Assembly: GCA_030264375.1 (NCBI GenBank)
Contig: JASCQW010000098.1
Span: 53,919,238 to 53,983,237 of the forward strand
From: Carcharhinus longimanus
Lineage: Eukaryota
Length of the DNA: 64,000 nt
Reading direction: 5' to 3'
The position numbers and the translations under genes were made by a program. The notes beneath the pieces were generated by a model. That model was not told where the DNA came from, made no database searches, and saw only the letters and a list, made by a program, of their open reading frames with translations. Position 1 is the first letter of the stretch. Each line of letters opens with the position of its first letter. Positions 62,791 to 64,000 of the stretch are shown one piece after another.

Positions 62791-63021
62791 TTATTTTTTA
62801 TTATTAAATTTTATTTCTTTATTAAAGCTACAGAGCCAATGCGCAGAGTGGTCGGGGCGAGCCCTTAAGCTAGCTCCAAAAACCAATTCAAATTCAGATT
62901 GAATCCAATTCATTGTCCCCACAAGAGCAATTCACAAGATCCAAGTTGACAGGAAAAATTATTGCACCTGATCTTGGGCTTAATCCTACTACATTTGATC
63001 TGAGCCAAAAGACTGACAGGA
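62791..63021 (-). mobile_element. U2 snRNA-derived element, most complete copy, with A-rich tail
   Basis: Minus strand GTCTTTTGGCTCAGATCAAATGTAGTA (U2 nt ~12-38, including GUAGUA)...GGGGACAAT...GGTTTTTGGAGC...GGGCTCGCCCCGACCACTCTGCGCATTGGC, then AATAAAGAAATAAAATTTAATAATAAAAAATAA. Confidence 0.82.
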
Positions 63022-63431
63022 ATGCAGAGCGGAGCGCCCCTCCAAGAGTTTAATCGCAGGAACTGTAATATCTTGGCATTTGGGAGGGAGGATAGCACGT
63101 CAACTTTTTATAACACTAGCCACTGTAACTGAATGAGTGAATAAATGAATGTTGGAGAATGAATCCATGGATGTGTGAGTGAATGGGTAGGTTAGAATGA
63201 TGGATATGTGGCTGAGATAGGTAGGCAACTAGATAGAGTTGGTGAGGTAAAGTGGCAGATGGATCAAATAGAAGGTGGGTAGGATGACAGTTTAATGAAA
63301 TGATAGGTGGCTAGAGTGGCAAGTAGGGTGGCAAATGAGTGTGGAAGGTAGGTAGGTGATGTATATAGGTGGGCGAGGTGGGTAGATGGGTCGGATCAAG
63401 GTTAGTCAGGATGGGGTTAGCCAGGCTGAGT

Positions 63432-63720
63432 CTTGCTGCAACTGTACAGGGCACTGGTGAGGCCGCAGCTGGTGTACTGTGTGCAGTTTTGGTCGCCGCA
63501 CTTGCGCAAGGATATTTTGGCCTTGGAGGGAGTGCAGAGGAGGTTCACNNNNNNNNNNNNNNNNNNNNNNNNNNNNNNNNNNNNNNNNNNNNNNNNNNNN
63601 NNNNNNNNNNNNNNNNNNNNNNNNNNNNNNNNNNNNNNNNNNNNNNNNTCTTATTGAATGGCAGGGCAGGCTCGAGGGGCTAGATGGTCTACTCCTGCTC
63701 CTATTTCTTATGTTCTTATG
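63432..63720 (+). mobile_element. CR1 LINE 3' part across a gap
   Basis: [37 protein letters not shown]; tail CTACTCCTGCTCCTATTTCTTATGTTCTTATG. Confidence 0.92.
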
Positions 63721-64000
63721 TCAGGGGGTAGATGGGTGGTGGGATGTAGTCAGGTAGGATTGGGATACAGTCAAGTGATTTGGGGAATAATCAAATCAGA
63801 TAAGAGGTAGTCAAGGGGAAGTCTGAGGTTTAAGGTGTAGTCAGGGTGTCTATGTGAGAAATGAGGGGTCAGCTGTATAGTTAATGAGGAATCAGACTAA
63901 GTTTTAATTTATCTTTTCATGGTAACTGTCCAGGTAAGTATCATAGAATTGTTCAAAGTTGCCAACCGTAACATTTGGAAAGAGTTCTGGGGACAGGGAA

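Overview
This is eukaryotic, repeat-dense DNA, almost certainly from an elasmobranch (shark/ray): HE1-type V-SINEs, DeuSINEs, CR1, L2-like and Rex1/Babar LINEs, Penelope-like elements, MITEs, solo LTRs and a decayed Copia pol make up much of the window. It has several assembly gaps and no intact long ORF; the ORF track is mostly TE debris or noise. Non-TE signals are (i) a promoter-like array of three TGA(C/T)TGACAG-N9-CCAAT modules at the left end, (ii) one clean + strand candidate exon and (iii) a speculative spliced small ORF on the - strand. The main finding is a dispersed family derived from U2 snRNA, at three loci (22.4 kb, 36.6 kb as a dimer, 62.8 kb). It follows U2 from the 5' stem through the Sm site and stem-loop III, but the copies share derived features absent from U2, so it is a candidate shark U2-derived SINE or divergent U2-like RNA. 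Family names come from recalled consensus sequences, not a database search, and most TE boundaries are approximate.
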